Shown piece after piece: positions 20,488 through 30,038 of a stretch of DNA of 64,000 nt. The notes beneath the pieces are model-generated. The model made no database searches, was not told the DNA's origin, and saw only the letters and a program-made list of their open reading frames with translations. A program made the translations under genes and the position numbers. Every line of letters begins with the position of its first letter. Position 1 is the stretch's first letter. Source of the stretch: a virus (Duplodnaviria; Caudoviricetes); the IMG/VR virus record IMGVR_UViG_3300029914_000023, positions 908 through 64,907 of that record. One strand, 5' to 3'.

Positions 20488-21074
20488 TATTCCATCTCCT
20501 GAATCTTCGCCGTGAACTCTCCGAAGTCCTTCACCCGAGTCCAGTGACTAGGGATTTCATAGTCGGCATTGTGTGATTGATTCATCAGGAAGATTTTAGT
20601 CTTGCCCTCTGTGGCCTTGTCGATGTCGATTAGATTCTCGATCTTGTCGTCTACGAAGGCGTCTAGCTTGAGGGCGGCGGATATTGGTCCCTTGTCACGT
20701 TCAACCAGCACAGTCGGGAACTGAACCCCAAGCTCGCTGATATGTAGCTGAGTCTGCTTCTGTACAGAGAAGCCCGCAGTCGGAATGCGGGCGGTGATGA
20801 AGTAAACATCATGTTCCTCTACTAGCCAAGGTAGATTCTCTGAAACGAATGGAAGCGTGACGCAGTTGTAAAAGAACCAGTTGTCGGTTTCTTTGATGTG
20901 GTCCCAGACCTTCTCAATGTCGGCCCGCGTGATCTTCCAATTCTTGAAAGACCAACTGCCAGGTGGCAATGGGAAGCGCCGCCCGAGGACGATCTCCGCT
21001 TCTTGGCGGAAGGCAGAGATGAAGTCCACGAGTACGTCGTCCACATCGACTCCGATTCTAAGTCTTCGCGCCAT
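20487..21074 (-). CDS. HAD 5'(3')-deoxyribonucleotidase-like protein
   Basis: IGVDVDDVL, ITAR, FVDD motifs. Confidence 0.85.
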   Translation of the reverse strand: MARRLRIGVDVDDVLVDFISAFRQEAEIVLGRRFPLPPGSWSFKNWKITRADIEKVWDHIKETDNWFFYNCVTLPFVSENLPWLVEEHDVYFITARIPTAGFSVQKQTQLHISELGVQFPTVLVERDKGPISAALKLDAFVDDKIENLIDIDKATEGKTKIFLMNQSHNADYEIPSHWTRVKDFGEFTAKIQEME

Positions 21075-21849
21075 ACACCGTACCACCAAACGAAAATTTC
21101 CCGTTACTGACGATTACAGGATACACGTTGAAGTTGCTGTTCTTCTTCTCCGGTTCTTGCAATTCCACAATAGTGAATCCATTCACCCAAGCGGTTGGCC
21201 TATTCTGTAGGTAACTCGGGTTGGTGCTACAGGCCGCTGGAGAACTCCAAGCGATCCATTTGTCCCTCGCGCTATGCGGTAGGACCTTGGTGTAGCTCTG
21301 CGCTGTATGGAGATGACCATACAGAACCGATGTACAGAAGGATTCCACTGCTCGCTTCGAGTGGTACACAGAGGCTTGGTTGCCAATGCCAGTCAGACCT
21401 TCGCCGTGAACTGCGATCAACTTACCAAGCTGTTTCACTTCACCGAGTTTGAGGACTTCCCAGCCACGATCCTCTAGGCCGAGAAGCAGTGGCCGTTCGA
21501 TGGTGCCCTGAAGTTCTGGCTGTTTCTCGATAAGCTGGGTTTCCCAAGCATCGTGATTGCCTGTGATCCACACTCTTTCTGCGGCATCGGGAAGCAGCGC
21601 TTCGATGGGAGATAGGACATTCACGTTGAACCCCAAGGTGTTAGCCTTGTAGGAACCAGTAGGCCGGAACAACGGCTTCCCTGCGGACCAGTGTCCAATC
21701 TCCTCGTTGTCAAGCTGATCTCCACCGAACAGGAAGCCAGCGATCTTACCTGAATTCCGTCCGACGAAATCCAAGATTGCATCCCAAGTCGGTTTGTGAA
21801 TCTTGGGATAATGGATGTCGTAGACGGCAACCCATATATTACGAGGCAT
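21058..21849 (-). CDS. Calcineurin-like metallophosphoesterase
   Basis: DIH, GGDQLD, GNHD, HG, GHLH motifs. Confidence 0.85.
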   Translation of the reverse strand: MPRNIWVAVYDIHYPKIHKPTWDAILDFVGRNSGKIAGFLFGGDQLDNEEIGHWSAGKPLFRPTGSYKANTLGFNVNVLSPIEALLPDAAERVWITGNHDAWETQLIEKQPELQGTIERPLLLGLEDRGWEVLKLGEVKQLGKLIAVHGEGLTGIGNQASVYHSKRAVESFCTSVLYGHLHTAQSYTKVLPHSARDKWIAWSSPAACSTNPSYLQNRPTAWVNGFTIVELQEPEKKNSNFNVYPVIVSNGKFSFGGTVYGAKT

Positions 21850-21863
21850 TTAGTATCCTTTGA

Positions 21864-22226
21864 TTAGTGAGGAAAGGGTAATGTTGGTTGCGCATTGGCT
21901 TTAAGTGCGGCTTTGGAATCGGCGGACAGAACGTACCGCTTGTTTGCAGCATCTTCGCGGAGGTCTTGGACGAAGCTCTCGAACTCCACAGTACGCTTGG
22001 CTTGCTCGAAGCGAGTCTCAAGCTGTTCCAGTGGGAACTCTTCCTCGCGGTATTCGATTCCATTTTGTGTGACCACAGGACGAGTGATGATAGCGTACTC
22101 TCGAATCTCAACAGTCGCTTCGGTGAGAGGAAATGCCTTTGTAGTGAAGCCCTTCACAAAGACCGGCTCTCCGGTTGTGATGATCTGGGCGAGGCCCTTC
22201 TTTACCGTGTATTTTGCTTTACTCAA
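21864..22226 (-). CDS. Hypothetical protein
   Basis: GGGAG SD; fits the operon. Confidence 0.55.
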   Translation of the reverse strand: MSKAKYTVKKGLAQIITTGEPVFVKGFTTKAFPLTEATVEIREYAIITRPVVTQNGIEYREEEFPLEQLETRFEQAKRTVEFESFVQDLREDAANKRYVLSADSKAALKANAQPTLPFPH

Positions 22227-22737
22227 TATCTAACTCCCGTTGAGGAGCGAACTCCTCAAAGTATTTTTGTTCCGCTACTATACGAGCACTCTTAGCTTCA
22301 TCGAAGGATGCGTAATAGCCGAGGTTAATCTTCTTCTGATTGTACATAAGAGTCGCTTTCCAGGGTTTCTTCAGATGCTTACGTAATTCCAGACCAGGAA
22401 AGCCAAGAGTATTATTCCTATTCAAGCCCTCCCGATTCCGACTATTCTGCGCAATTGAGGCTTTGCGCAGGTTAGAACGGGTGTTATTCAGCGTGTCATG
22501 ATCCACGTGATCGACTTGGAATCCATCTTTAGGAGAACAACCGGCGACAACCCGATGAAGAGCGTAGCATTCCCGCTGACCAGTTAAAGGGGACTTGATA
22601 TAAGTGATCGCGTAAGGATGATTTCGCTTGAATGTAACGAGCCAACGATACGCAAGTAACCAAATATAATCATCGTCAACGTTAGTAAGGAGGTGGCTAT
22701 TAGCTAAAGGAATCGTAATCACTGGCAATCCCCCCAC
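22219..22737 (-). CDS. HNH homing endonuclease with AP2 domain
   Basis: VDHVDHDTLNNTRSNLR; W.A...LGYY. Confidence 0.85.
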   Translation of the reverse strand: MGGLPVITIPLANSHLLTNVDDDYIWLLAYRWLVTFKRNHPYAITYIKSPLTGQRECYALHRVVAGCSPKDGFQVDHVDHDTLNNTRSNLRKASIAQNSRNREGLNRNNTLGFPGLELRKHLKKPWKATLMYNQKKINLGYYASFDEAKSARIVAEQKYFEEFAPQRELDIE

Positions 22738-25166
22738 GAATCACCGATCTCAACTGCGACCGGCAGACTTAGACCCTTTAGTTCTGGCCACGGCTGGGTC
22801 ATAACCGTCCGGAGTGTACCCACAACAGCAGCTACCACTTCCGGTTTGCAGTCCACCACAAGTTCGTCGTGGACCTGAATGAACAGGATTGCACCTTCAG
22901 GCAGCGGCTGGAGCACAGGGCAAACCTTACGCGCCCACTCTTCCGGCCATCCAATGCGCTCGTACATCATCCCAATCATGGCGCGGAAGATAACGTCTGC
23001 CGCTGTTGACTGGGGATAGAAGCTGACGGCTTCTGGACCTGAACCGCTGGTCCATATCCATAGCTTCCGATGGAACGGATTCTCAACCCGCCCAGTTCTG
23101 TTAGCCTCGCCCATCACTCGATTCTGCCAAGTAATAGTGTCAGCGATCTCAGCCTTCCACGCAGCCTGAACCTTCTTGACTGTGTTGAAGTCCATATCGA
23201 ACTGTTCGGAAATCTTACGTGCACCCATCACTCGGTCAGAACCGTGGACGATGATCTTGCAGATCGCGTAAGGCGAATCCTTGTCGTGCGACTTCTCGAC
23301 CTGATCGTAAGGGATGTCGAAGAACTTCGACACCAGATACTTGTGCTCGGAGAACTTGGGGTCCTCTAAGCGAATTGCCCGAGCCTTGTCATTGGCCAAG
23401 AAGCAGGTGAGACGGTTCTCGATTCCAGAGAAGTCAGCCGCTACGATCTTCCCGCCAGGAAAGCGAGAGACGTACATGTACCGGACTTTGCCCGGCTGAT
23501 TCTGGATGTTCGGTCCCGAAGAACTGAGACGACCAGCAGCGGTTCCGTGGACATTGAAGGATGGGTGGAGTTCGTCCTTACCCTCTAGGTCTTCCTTAGC
23601 AAAGCCTGAAAGTAGCGTAGCGAACTTACTCATCTCTTTCAACAGCTTCAGAACTGGATGCTTAGTCTTGTGGTACAGCTTGTCCAAGGCACCCTTGTCT
23701 GTCGTCGGTTCTTTAGTCTTGATGTGACGCTGAACGGGTAGTCCGAGAGTCTCGTAAAGGTACTTCTTCTTCACGTCCGAACTACGCCAAGGAGTGATTT
23801 TCTCCTGATACTCTTGGTAGACAAACTTGACGGGCTTGCCCTTGTCATTCACCGTGCCCGGTGGTGCAGGCAAACGCTTGCGCCGGGTAACGTAGAAAGC
23901 CTTGAGTTCATCGGGGAGTTGCTTCTCAAGCTCCTCAATCTGCTTCAGATAGTCAAGCCGAAGTTCCTTGAGGCGATTCCCGTTCATGGTTACGCCAGCG
24001 TCAGTCATGCTCTTGCAGATCAACGCTAACGGCCAAGAGATATATGTGTACACATCTAATAGATGTGCTTGCTCAAGTAGTTCCTTGAGCGGTTGGAAAC
24101 AACGAAAGGTGACATCGGTATCACGCGCGTTGTAAATCTCGAAGATCGCCTTGTCAGCTTTCCACGCGCCTTTGTTAGTGAACTGCTTACCGATGAACTC
24201 CAAGTCATGCGGGAACTGGGGGAAGCGTAGGTGGTGCATCAACATGGTGTCCCAGACCTTGCATTCCTTCGGCCCGCGAATCGTAATACCCTGCCGCTTC
24301 AGAATCGGGAGATCGAACTGCAAGCAGTTCTGACCGATTACTTCTGTCGCAGAATGGAATATACGCCGCAACTCAGTAATATACTCGCCGGTAAAAGGGA
24401 CAACCAAGGAGTGATACGGAGTTGCTGACAAACCGACCATGCTAACATCGTCGTGATTCCAGCGATTGCATTCAAGATCAAAAGCAAACTTCGTTGCTCT
24501 AAACGCCTTAACTTGTTCCAGCGTTGGATAGATGTCATAGTGCTCTGGCTCAACCTCCAGCGTCTTTCGCAAATCATTAATCACGACCGGAATCATATCC
24601 TGCTCACGCGCGATATGCAACGGATGGAAAGTCGGAATAGCAATCGGAGTGGGGCCAAGGGATTCGACGGGCAGCAACGACCCCCGCCATGTTGAAACCC
24701 CACCCGATTTTTTAAGAAGGAATTTAAGAGGCTTATCCCCAAAAGTATCTATACGTTCCCAGGGACGGCTCTTCAAGAAAGGTTCTACATGATGCTCTAT
24801 ACAATGGGCCACGGCCTTAAAAGCATCACTGTCTGTAATATAAGTTCTAGACTCTTTATCAGTTGGAAATTGATGCTCGGGTACTGGAATAGAACTCTTA
24901 TGGTGGCATTGAATCACATGACAAGCTGAATTATCAGCTTCTTTTAATCCCGCTTTTCCATAAAAGACTTTAAGCCAACGCCCCGAACCACCGGAAAAAC
25001 ACTGTCCGCTTTCGGCATCTGCTTGTCCGGGAGCTTCTCCAATTTCCAGTCGAAGATTATTTCCCTCACGCGGAGGAATAAAGACCCGCTCTGGATACTG
25101 AGACCGCAGAGGGCAGCCTTCGCACCCTGATACTTCACTTACTGTTCTAAGCGTTCCTGAACTAAT
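22719..25166 (-). CDS. Family A DNA polymerase with N-terminal UDG-like and 3'-5' exonuclease domains (start uncertain, possibly ATT)
   Basis: CEGCPL...IGEAPG...FHP (UDG-like); FDLE, QNCLQFD, YNARD (exo); GRLSSSGPNIQN, ADFSGIE, QVHDE (polA). Confidence 0.9.
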   Translation of the reverse strand: MSSGTLRTVSEVSGCEGCPLRSQYPERVFIPPREGNNLRLEIGEAPGQADAESGQCFSGGSGRWLKVFYGKAGLKEADNSACHVIQCHHKSSIPVPEHQFPTDKESRTYITDSDAFKAVAHCIEHHVEPFLKSRPWERIDTFGDKPLKFLLKKSGGVSTWRGSLLPVESLGPTPIAIPTFHPLHIAREQDMIPVVINDLRKTLEVEPEHYDIYPTLEQVKAFRATKFAFDLECNRWNHDDVSMVGLSATPYHSLVVPFTGEYITELRRIFHSATEVIGQNCLQFDLPILKRQGITIRGPKECKVWDTMLMHHLRFPQFPHDLEFIGKQFTNKGAWKADKAIFEIYNARDTDVTFRCFQPLKELLEQAHLLDVYTYISWPLALICKSMTDAGVTMNGNRLKELRLDYLKQIEELEKQLPDELKAFYVTRRKRLPAPPGTVNDKGKPVKFVYQEYQEKITPWRSSDVKKKYLYETLGLPVQRHIKTKEPTTDKGALDKLYHKTKHPVLKLLKEMSKFATLLSGFAKEDLEGKDELHPSFNVHGTAAGRLSSSGPNIQNQPGKVRYMYVSRFPGGKIVAADFSGIENRLTCFLANDKARAIRLEDPKFSEHKYLVSKFFDIPYDQVEKSHDKDSPYAICKIIVHGSDRVMGARKISEQFDMDFNTVKKVQAAWKAEIADTITWQNRVMGEANRTGRVENPFHRKLWIWTSGSGPEAVSFYPQSTAADVIFRAMIGMMYERIGWPEEWARKVCPVLQPLPEGAILFIQVHDELVVDCKPEVVAAVVGTLRTVMTQPWPELKGLSLPVAVEIGDSWGDCQ

Positions 25167-25660
25167 TGTTTCAAGTCCTCCCAGGCTACGGGAGTGTAGT
25201 CAACAACTTCCACACTCACATTCACATACTGCTTTCCGAAGTGGTCAGGTCCGACATTGTTGTGGACATGCCCATGCACATTGGCTATCGCTTTACCTAG
25301 ACTCAGAGGATGAATCGGGATGTGGGATAGCAGCAACTTGTCAAGCAGCCGGGTAGAGTAGATGTCCTCGAAGTACGGCTGATACAGCCGCATGTTCGGG
25401 TAGTCGTGGTTGCCAAGGATCAACCGCTTGCGCCCCTGCAACCGGCCAAGCAGTGTCCAGTCATCGCCCTTAACGATCAGATCGCCAAGGTGGTATATCT
25501 TGTCTTCGGGCCTAACAACTGAGTTCCAGCGTTCGATCATGTGTTCGTTCATCTGATCGACATCCTCGAACACACGGAGCGACTGCCCTTCTACATTCTT
25601 GAAGTTCAAGATGTTCTTGTGCCCGAAGTGTGTATCGCTGATAACGAAGATGTTAGCCAT
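25139..25660 (-). CDS. Metallophosphoesterase
   Basis: SDTHFGH, HLGD, GNHD, HGHVH. Confidence 0.85.
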   Translation of the reverse strand: MANIFVISDTHFGHKNILNFKNVEGQSLRVFEDVDQMNEHMIERWNSVVRPEDKIYHLGDLIVKGDDWTLLGRLQGRKRLILGNHDYPNMRLYQPYFEDIYSTRLLDKLLLSHIPIHPLSLGKAIANVHGHVHNNVGPDHFGKQYVNVSVEVVDYTPVAWEDLKQLVQERLEQ

Positions 25661-25931
25661 TGTAGAACCTGAGTCCTGACTTGTCCAGTGGAATCAGTTC
25701 GCCGTCCTCAACCATCTCTTGCACGAGGTCGCGCACTTCCACGTAAGGATAGTCAGGATGCCTACGCAGAAAGGGAGCGAGAAGGAACTGTCCTTCAGGG
25801 TCGATACTGAACTTTATCTCTGATCGAAGCGGCATCAATCCTCCGAATGTTGGGAGGGGTTTTAAGCCTGGTGTACCTGGCTAATGTAGTTCAGTCCAGC
25901 GCACACACCAGGCCGTAACCCCTCCAAGGGA

Positions 25932-26099
25932 TTAGAGCTTAACGGTCAGCTTGCCGAGTTCGGTCTTGACGGCAGCGAGGACGTTGTCCTCAGTCTGCTT
26001 CAGGAGTAGCTCGATCTTTGCCAGAAGACGTGCGCCGAAAATCTCGTCAAGCACGACGCCAGCAGCGAACACTCCGACGTATCCTAGAAATGTACCCAT
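25932..26099 (-). CDS. Small membrane protein (55 aa)
   Basis: GAGG SD; hydrophobic N-terminus. Confidence 0.45.
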   Translation of the reverse strand: MGTFLGYVGVFAAGVVLDEIFGARLLAKIELLLKQTEDNVLAAVKTELGKLTVKL

Positions 26100-26101
26100 G
26101 T

Positions 26102-26743
26102 CTATACCTCAACAACAGTTGGCTCATGCACCGGATGGTATCCATCGTTCAGCATGGCTGCGTTAACAAACTTCGTGCCGTTGGCCTCTGCCTGTCCATG
26201 CCCAATGTGGACATGACCAAAGACGTGCAGTTTGGGTTTAATCATTTGGACGTAGTTCGCAAGAATTGGATCGCCATACCCACTATCGAGAACGTGCTTC
26301 GGTGGACCGTGTGTGACAAGGATGTCACAGTTGGGAGCATAGCGCCAGTGCCGACTGGTGGTTCCGTCTAGCATGTAGGCTCTCGCGCCTGCACGATAGA
26401 GGGGATTGAAGGGAAGGGCAGACGACCCGAACACTGTCAGCTTGCGGTCTTCTACCTCGATCTCTGTCTTGGACCCGCACAGATAAATCAGCGGGGTACG
26501 ATCCTTGTACGGCTTGAACTGTTCATCGAATAGGATCGGCAATTCCGCTAAAGCGTTGTCGTGGTTCCCACCGATGACGATCTTGTACTTGTGCGGAAAC
26601 TTCCGCAGCCAAGCTAAGGCGGACTGAATCTCGTGGACTTCTCCACAGAGGCTTAGATCGCCCGCATGGATAAGAATTTCGCCATCAGGCAAATCGGACG
26701 GTTGGTTAATCCCGTGAGTATCAGATAGACATACTACTCGCAT
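26102..26743 (-). CDS. Metallophosphoesterase (MPPED/239FB-like)
   Basis: SDTH, IHAGD, GNHD, THGPP, FGHVH. Confidence 0.85.
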   Translation of the reverse strand: MRVVCLSDTHGINQPSDLPDGEILIHAGDLSLCGEVHEIQSALAWLRKFPHKYKIVIGGNHDNALAELPILFDEQFKPYKDRTPLIYLCGSKTEIEVEDRKLTVFGSSALPFNPLYRAGARAYMLDGTTSRHWRYAPNCDILVTHGPPKHVLDSGYGDPILANYVQMIKPKLHVFGHVHIGHGQAEANGTKFVNAAMLNDGYHPVHEPTVVEV

Positions 26744-26749
26744 CTTTCC

Positions 26750-26887
26750 TCACTTCTTGGGAGCTTTCTTCGGGAGCTTCTTGCCCTCGGAAGCGGCGTC
26801 CCATTCTTTCACCGAGACGCCCTGCTTCTCAAGTTCCTTCTTGTGCGTGTGGAAATAGGCTGCTTGCGCCTGACTCTTGTACGGCAT
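26750..26887 (-). CDS. Small basic phage protein (45 aa)
   Basis: MPYKSQAQAAYFH...; TAATG coupling. Confidence 0.55.
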   Translation of the reverse strand: MPYKSQAQAAYFHTHKKELEKQGVSVKEWDAASEGKKLPKKAPKK

Positions 26888-27312
26888 TAGGCAGCCACAG
26901 GAACCGGCTTGACCTTGAACACCGCCAACTCAGCCTTGGTGTTGGTCTCGCCCTCGTTGTTCGTGTACGTGCGGTGCTTGATGTCCGAGATGAACTTGCC
27001 ACCGGTCACACTGTTGAGGTACTCAACTGGGTCCTGCCCAGTCTCAATCGCCGTTCCCGTGTTCTTCGATAGAGCGATTTCAAGGCGTTTGAACGCGCCG
27101 ACCATTGCAGGAACCTTCTCAGGATCGCCATAAGAGAAATAAACGACCCTTCCAGCAAACTCACCCTCGTCGATCTTCGCGCCGACTTCAATCTTGTTCG
27201 GGTTCCACTGCGAATACTTCGCGCCGGATAGCAGGGCAAACACGTACTTGCCCTCCGGAATCAGTTCCATGTCCGCGCTTACACCCTGTAGATCAATCTC
27301 ATTCCAACTCAT
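26887..27312 (-). CDS. DUF669-like putative single-stranded DNA-binding protein
   Basis: IPEGKY...GEFAGR pattern; replication cluster. Confidence 0.55.
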   Translation of the reverse strand: MSWNEIDLQGVSADMELIPEGKYVFALLSGAKYSQWNPNKIEVGAKIDEGEFAGRVVYFSYGDPEKVPAMVGAFKRLEIALSKNTGTAIETGQDPVEYLNSVTGGKFISDIKHRTYTNNEGETNTKAELAVFKVKPVPVAA

Positions 27313-27377
27313 ACTTTGCTTTTCCCTTTAGTGTTTTAGAAATTGCAAAGACCCCAACAGACGCCTCTGCAAACTTG

Positions 27378-27451
27378 TGGCTCCCTCCCCACGACTCGAA
27401 CGTGGATTCGCGGCTCCAAAGACCGCTGTCCTACCATTAGACGAAAAGGGA
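27378..27451 (-). tRNA. tRNA-Gln(TTG)
   Basis: Cloverleaf; loop CT-TTG-GA; TTCGAG T-loop; encoded CCA. Confidence 0.9.
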
Positions 27452-27452
27452 A

Positions 27453-27529
27453 TGGTCTGGATGGAGTGATTTGAACACTCGTGGTCTCGCTCCCAAAGCG
27501 AGTGCGTGACCGGGCTACGCTACGTCCAG
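27453..27529 (-). tRNA. tRNA-Pro(TGG)
   Basis: Cloverleaf; loop TT-TGG-GA; encoded CCA. Confidence 0.9.
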
Positions 27530-27541
27530 TTATAAAAAGTA

Positions 27542-27655
27542 TACAGCCGCCGGGCTATGCGCCGGTTTCTCGTGCAAGAGCGAACGATTTGCTGCGACCA
27601 ATTGCACTTGGTTCCGCTATTGTCGTTCCTATTAACGTCGTATATAACGGCTGTA
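27542..27655 (-). ncRNA. Unidentified structured RNA within the tRNA cluster
   Basis: Terminal 8-bp stem TACAGCCG/CGGCTGTA with internal hairpins; exactly fills the gap between two tRNAs. Confidence 0.5.
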
Positions 27656-27658
27656 ATG

Positions 27659-27745
27659 TGGTGTTCAGGGCGGGACTTGCACCCGCACGGGATAAAACCC
27701 ACGGCATTCTAAGTGCCGCTCGGCTGCTGATTACGACACCTGAAC
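27659..27745 (-). tRNA. tRNA-Leu(TAG), atypical D/T loops
   Basis: Loop CT-TAG-AA; long variable arm; encoded CCA. Confidence 0.8.
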
Positions 27746-28242
27746 TACGGAAAATTTAGGTAGGCGAATTCGCCAAAATACTCTTTTGCTGCGGAATCAT
27801 AGGCTCTAGCTGCTTCTTCTCTGGTACTAAAGTAACCCAGATGCTTATGATGCCCGTTCTGTGTCATTCCAGCAACCCATTTCTTACCCGAAGCATACCA
27901 GGATACTCCCTTGTAACCAGACTTATTATCCCGTCGAGGACCGGTATTACCTTGATTCTGTTTAAGAGTTGCTTTACGTAAGTTGCTCCGTTGGTTGTTC
28001 AAGGTATCCTTGTAATCTATATGATCGACGATACCTTCGTCGGGATTAATTCCTAGAACTTCACGGTGCATATAAACCGTAATATTCTTCCTACCCGGCT
28101 CAGTTACTTTTTGCTTGTACACGGCATAAGGCGCTCCAGTAGACGGGTTAAATTTTACATACCAAGAACGTTTGCTCAAACGTTCGTAGTCCTCGTCATC
28201 CACCCTAGCAACGTATCCGCGAGTAAGAGGTATTGTTTTCAT
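27745..28242 (-). CDS. HNH homing endonuclease with AP2 domain
   Basis: MHREV...VDHI...NNQRSNLR; SGYKGV...HLGYF...EAARAYD. Confidence 0.9.
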   Translation of the reverse strand: MKTIPLTRGYVARVDDEDYERLSKRSWYVKFNPSTGAPYAVYKQKVTEPGRKNITVYMHREVLGINPDEGIVDHIDYKDTLNNQRSNLRKATLKQNQGNTGPRRDNKSGYKGVSWYASGKKWVAGMTQNGHHKHLGYFSTREEAARAYDSAAKEYFGEFAYLNFP

Positions 28243-28460
28243 TTCAGAAAAGGGGGTCTGTGGTGGTGATTCGCTGTTGGGGCAAGTGGCACCAGGCACC
28301 ATGTCGCAAACCCCTCAGCAAGCGTTGCATGGATTTATTAACCACTCTATAACCAAAAGCTTACAATCACCAGGCCACAAACCCCTCAATCCACTCGCCC
28401 GGATCAGTTTACATCACTGCAAACCCGCAGACAAGTGGAATGGTTTATTTCCCTTTGACA

Positions 28461-28494
28461 CTATATTAGACGCTAGAAACGTGAATTTTACCCA
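28461..28494 (-). promoter_or_regulatory. Candidate phage-sigma promoter TGGGTAAAA-N13-CGTCTAATATAG
   Basis: One of four intergenic copies, all pointing into operons. Confidence 0.65.
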
Positions 28495-28533
28495 CTTTTT
28501 CGGAAATTATTTTCTTCTTGAGGTAAGAAAATA

Positions 28534-28608
28534 TGGAGCCGTCGGCCCGACTTGAACGGGTAACCGTCTGATTACAGATCAGATGCTCTACCATTGAGCT
28601 ACGACGGC
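28534..28608 (-). tRNA. tRNA-Thr(TGT)
   Basis: Cloverleaf; loop TC-TGT-AA; encoded CCA. Confidence 0.85.
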
Positions 28609-28609
28609 T

Positions 28610-28924
28610 TTACCATAATCCATTAAAAGCGCCCGCCGCTGCGAGACGTTTCATGATCTTATCGAATCTACGGGAATGCCTACCGCTTCCTTGAACTCGG
28701 TTAAGCCGGTCTTCGATATGGGCCATCTCGTGTAGCAATGTCATGGTTCCTACCTGCGCCCACTTGCCTTTGAAGTCATCAGATAGTTCAATGAGCCGCT
28801 TGAGATGCCAGACTCGACCCCAGACCTTCGGAAGCGTGACGAATCGGACTCGATACTTGGGAAGTCGTCCCCCAAAGTACCGTCGATTCGCTATATTGAA
28901 TCGTGTGTTTGGATACCAACGCAT
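28610..28924 (-). CDS. SprT-like zinc metalloprotease
   Basis: NRRYFGGRLP...TLLHEMAH...H...F. Confidence 0.75.
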   Translation of the reverse strand: MRWYPNTRFNIANRRYFGGRLPKYRVRFVTLPKVWGRVWHLKRLIELSDDFKGKWAQVGTMTLLHEMAHIEDRLNRVQGSGRHSRRFDKIMKRLAAAGAFNGLW

Positions 28925-29094
28925 AGATTAACTCGCTTGCTCCATGTCACCATGCTTGTCGTGGACCCACTTCTCTATCGCAGCGAATCGCTTTCCACGC
29001 ATCCAGCCGAATATCGGAGCCGCTTGAATTACGACTCCCTCATCGTTCACAAAGATGCCAGCACAAGCGTAAGACAAATCGATCCACCACAAGA

Positions 29095-29847
29095 TCATAG
29101 CCAGTCCTTCTCGGTTGTCTTCGGGTAGATCATACTTACAACCTTGAGGAAGTTGCAGTCCTTACCCGTAAGGACGACGTTCTTCAAGTCCTTATTTGCT
29201 CGGCAGTCCATGAACGTCAGAGAGAACTGGTCAACGCCATCCTTCTTGATGTCCCGGTCGGCCCGGAGTTCCACCTGAACGTCGAAGCCAATATCCCCGA
29301 AGCCCGACCGCTCAAAGCGATTCGTCTTTTGGTCGTTCACGTACTCAGGTTTCACCTTATGAGACAACACGACATTCTTCCCGCATGTAAGCAGAAGCTG
29401 TAGCAACTGGCGGAACTCCGCGTTGACCGCCGCGTACTGGATAGGCATGACCTGAGTCAGCTTGCCCAATCGGGCGACACGCAGCAAGTCCCATAGCTCG
29501 CTACCCGTGTCAATGAAGATGCTTGGGATTGAAGGGTCTTTGATAGCTTCGCGCAGAGAGAGAATAGCTTTCTTCCACTGCTCGGCAGCCGCTCCTGCCA
29601 GAAGAGTAAAGGGTTCTCCTGGGAGCTTCTCGGTGTAGGGAATCTGTATGTCCTGAACGTACAGTGACTTACCGGCTTCTACATGCTTCTCGTAGACGCC
29701 AACCAGCCCCCAGTTCAGATTCAAGATAAAAATATCACCGGGCATCGACAGGCCGAACTCTGTCTTGCCACACTTCTGTTGCCCTTCGATAGACATCAGG
29801 ATACCCTTCGGCTTGGTATCCTTTACCAACAGGTCTTTCAACACCAA
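29095..29847 (-). CDS. AAA_24/Sak4-like P-loop ATPase (recombination)
   Basis: GQQKCGKT Walker A; IFIDT Walker B; next to exonuclease. Confidence 0.7.
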   Translation of the reverse strand: MVLKDLLVKDTKPKGILMSIEGQQKCGKTEFGLSMPGDIFILNLNWGLVGVYEKHVEAGKSLYVQDIQIPYTEKLPGEPFTLLAGAAAEQWKKAILSLREAIKDPSIPSIFIDTGSELWDLLRVARLGKLTQVMPIQYAAVNAEFRQLLQLLLTCGKNVVLSHKVKPEYVNDQKTNRFERSGFGDIGFDVQVELRADRDIKKDGVDQFSLTFMDCRANKDLKNVVLTGKDCNFLKVVSMIYPKTTEKDWL

Positions 29848-30038
29848 CTAATCGTCCTCCTCAACCTCGGCAGACTCATCGTCAGCAACTGCGACAGCCC
29901 CAACGACATCTACAAAGGCGTCCGAGCTATATTCGTCGATGCAATCCTGAGTTGCATTCTCCTCAGCTTCTTCCAGAGAGCGTGCAACTGTGCTATACTG
30001 CTTGACCACTTCTGCGGTGATCTCGACCAACCAATTCT

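Noticed and set aside
24944-25138. 64-aa ORF upstream of the polymerase
   Set aside because: The overlapping frame encodes the conserved UDG-like N-terminus of the polymerase
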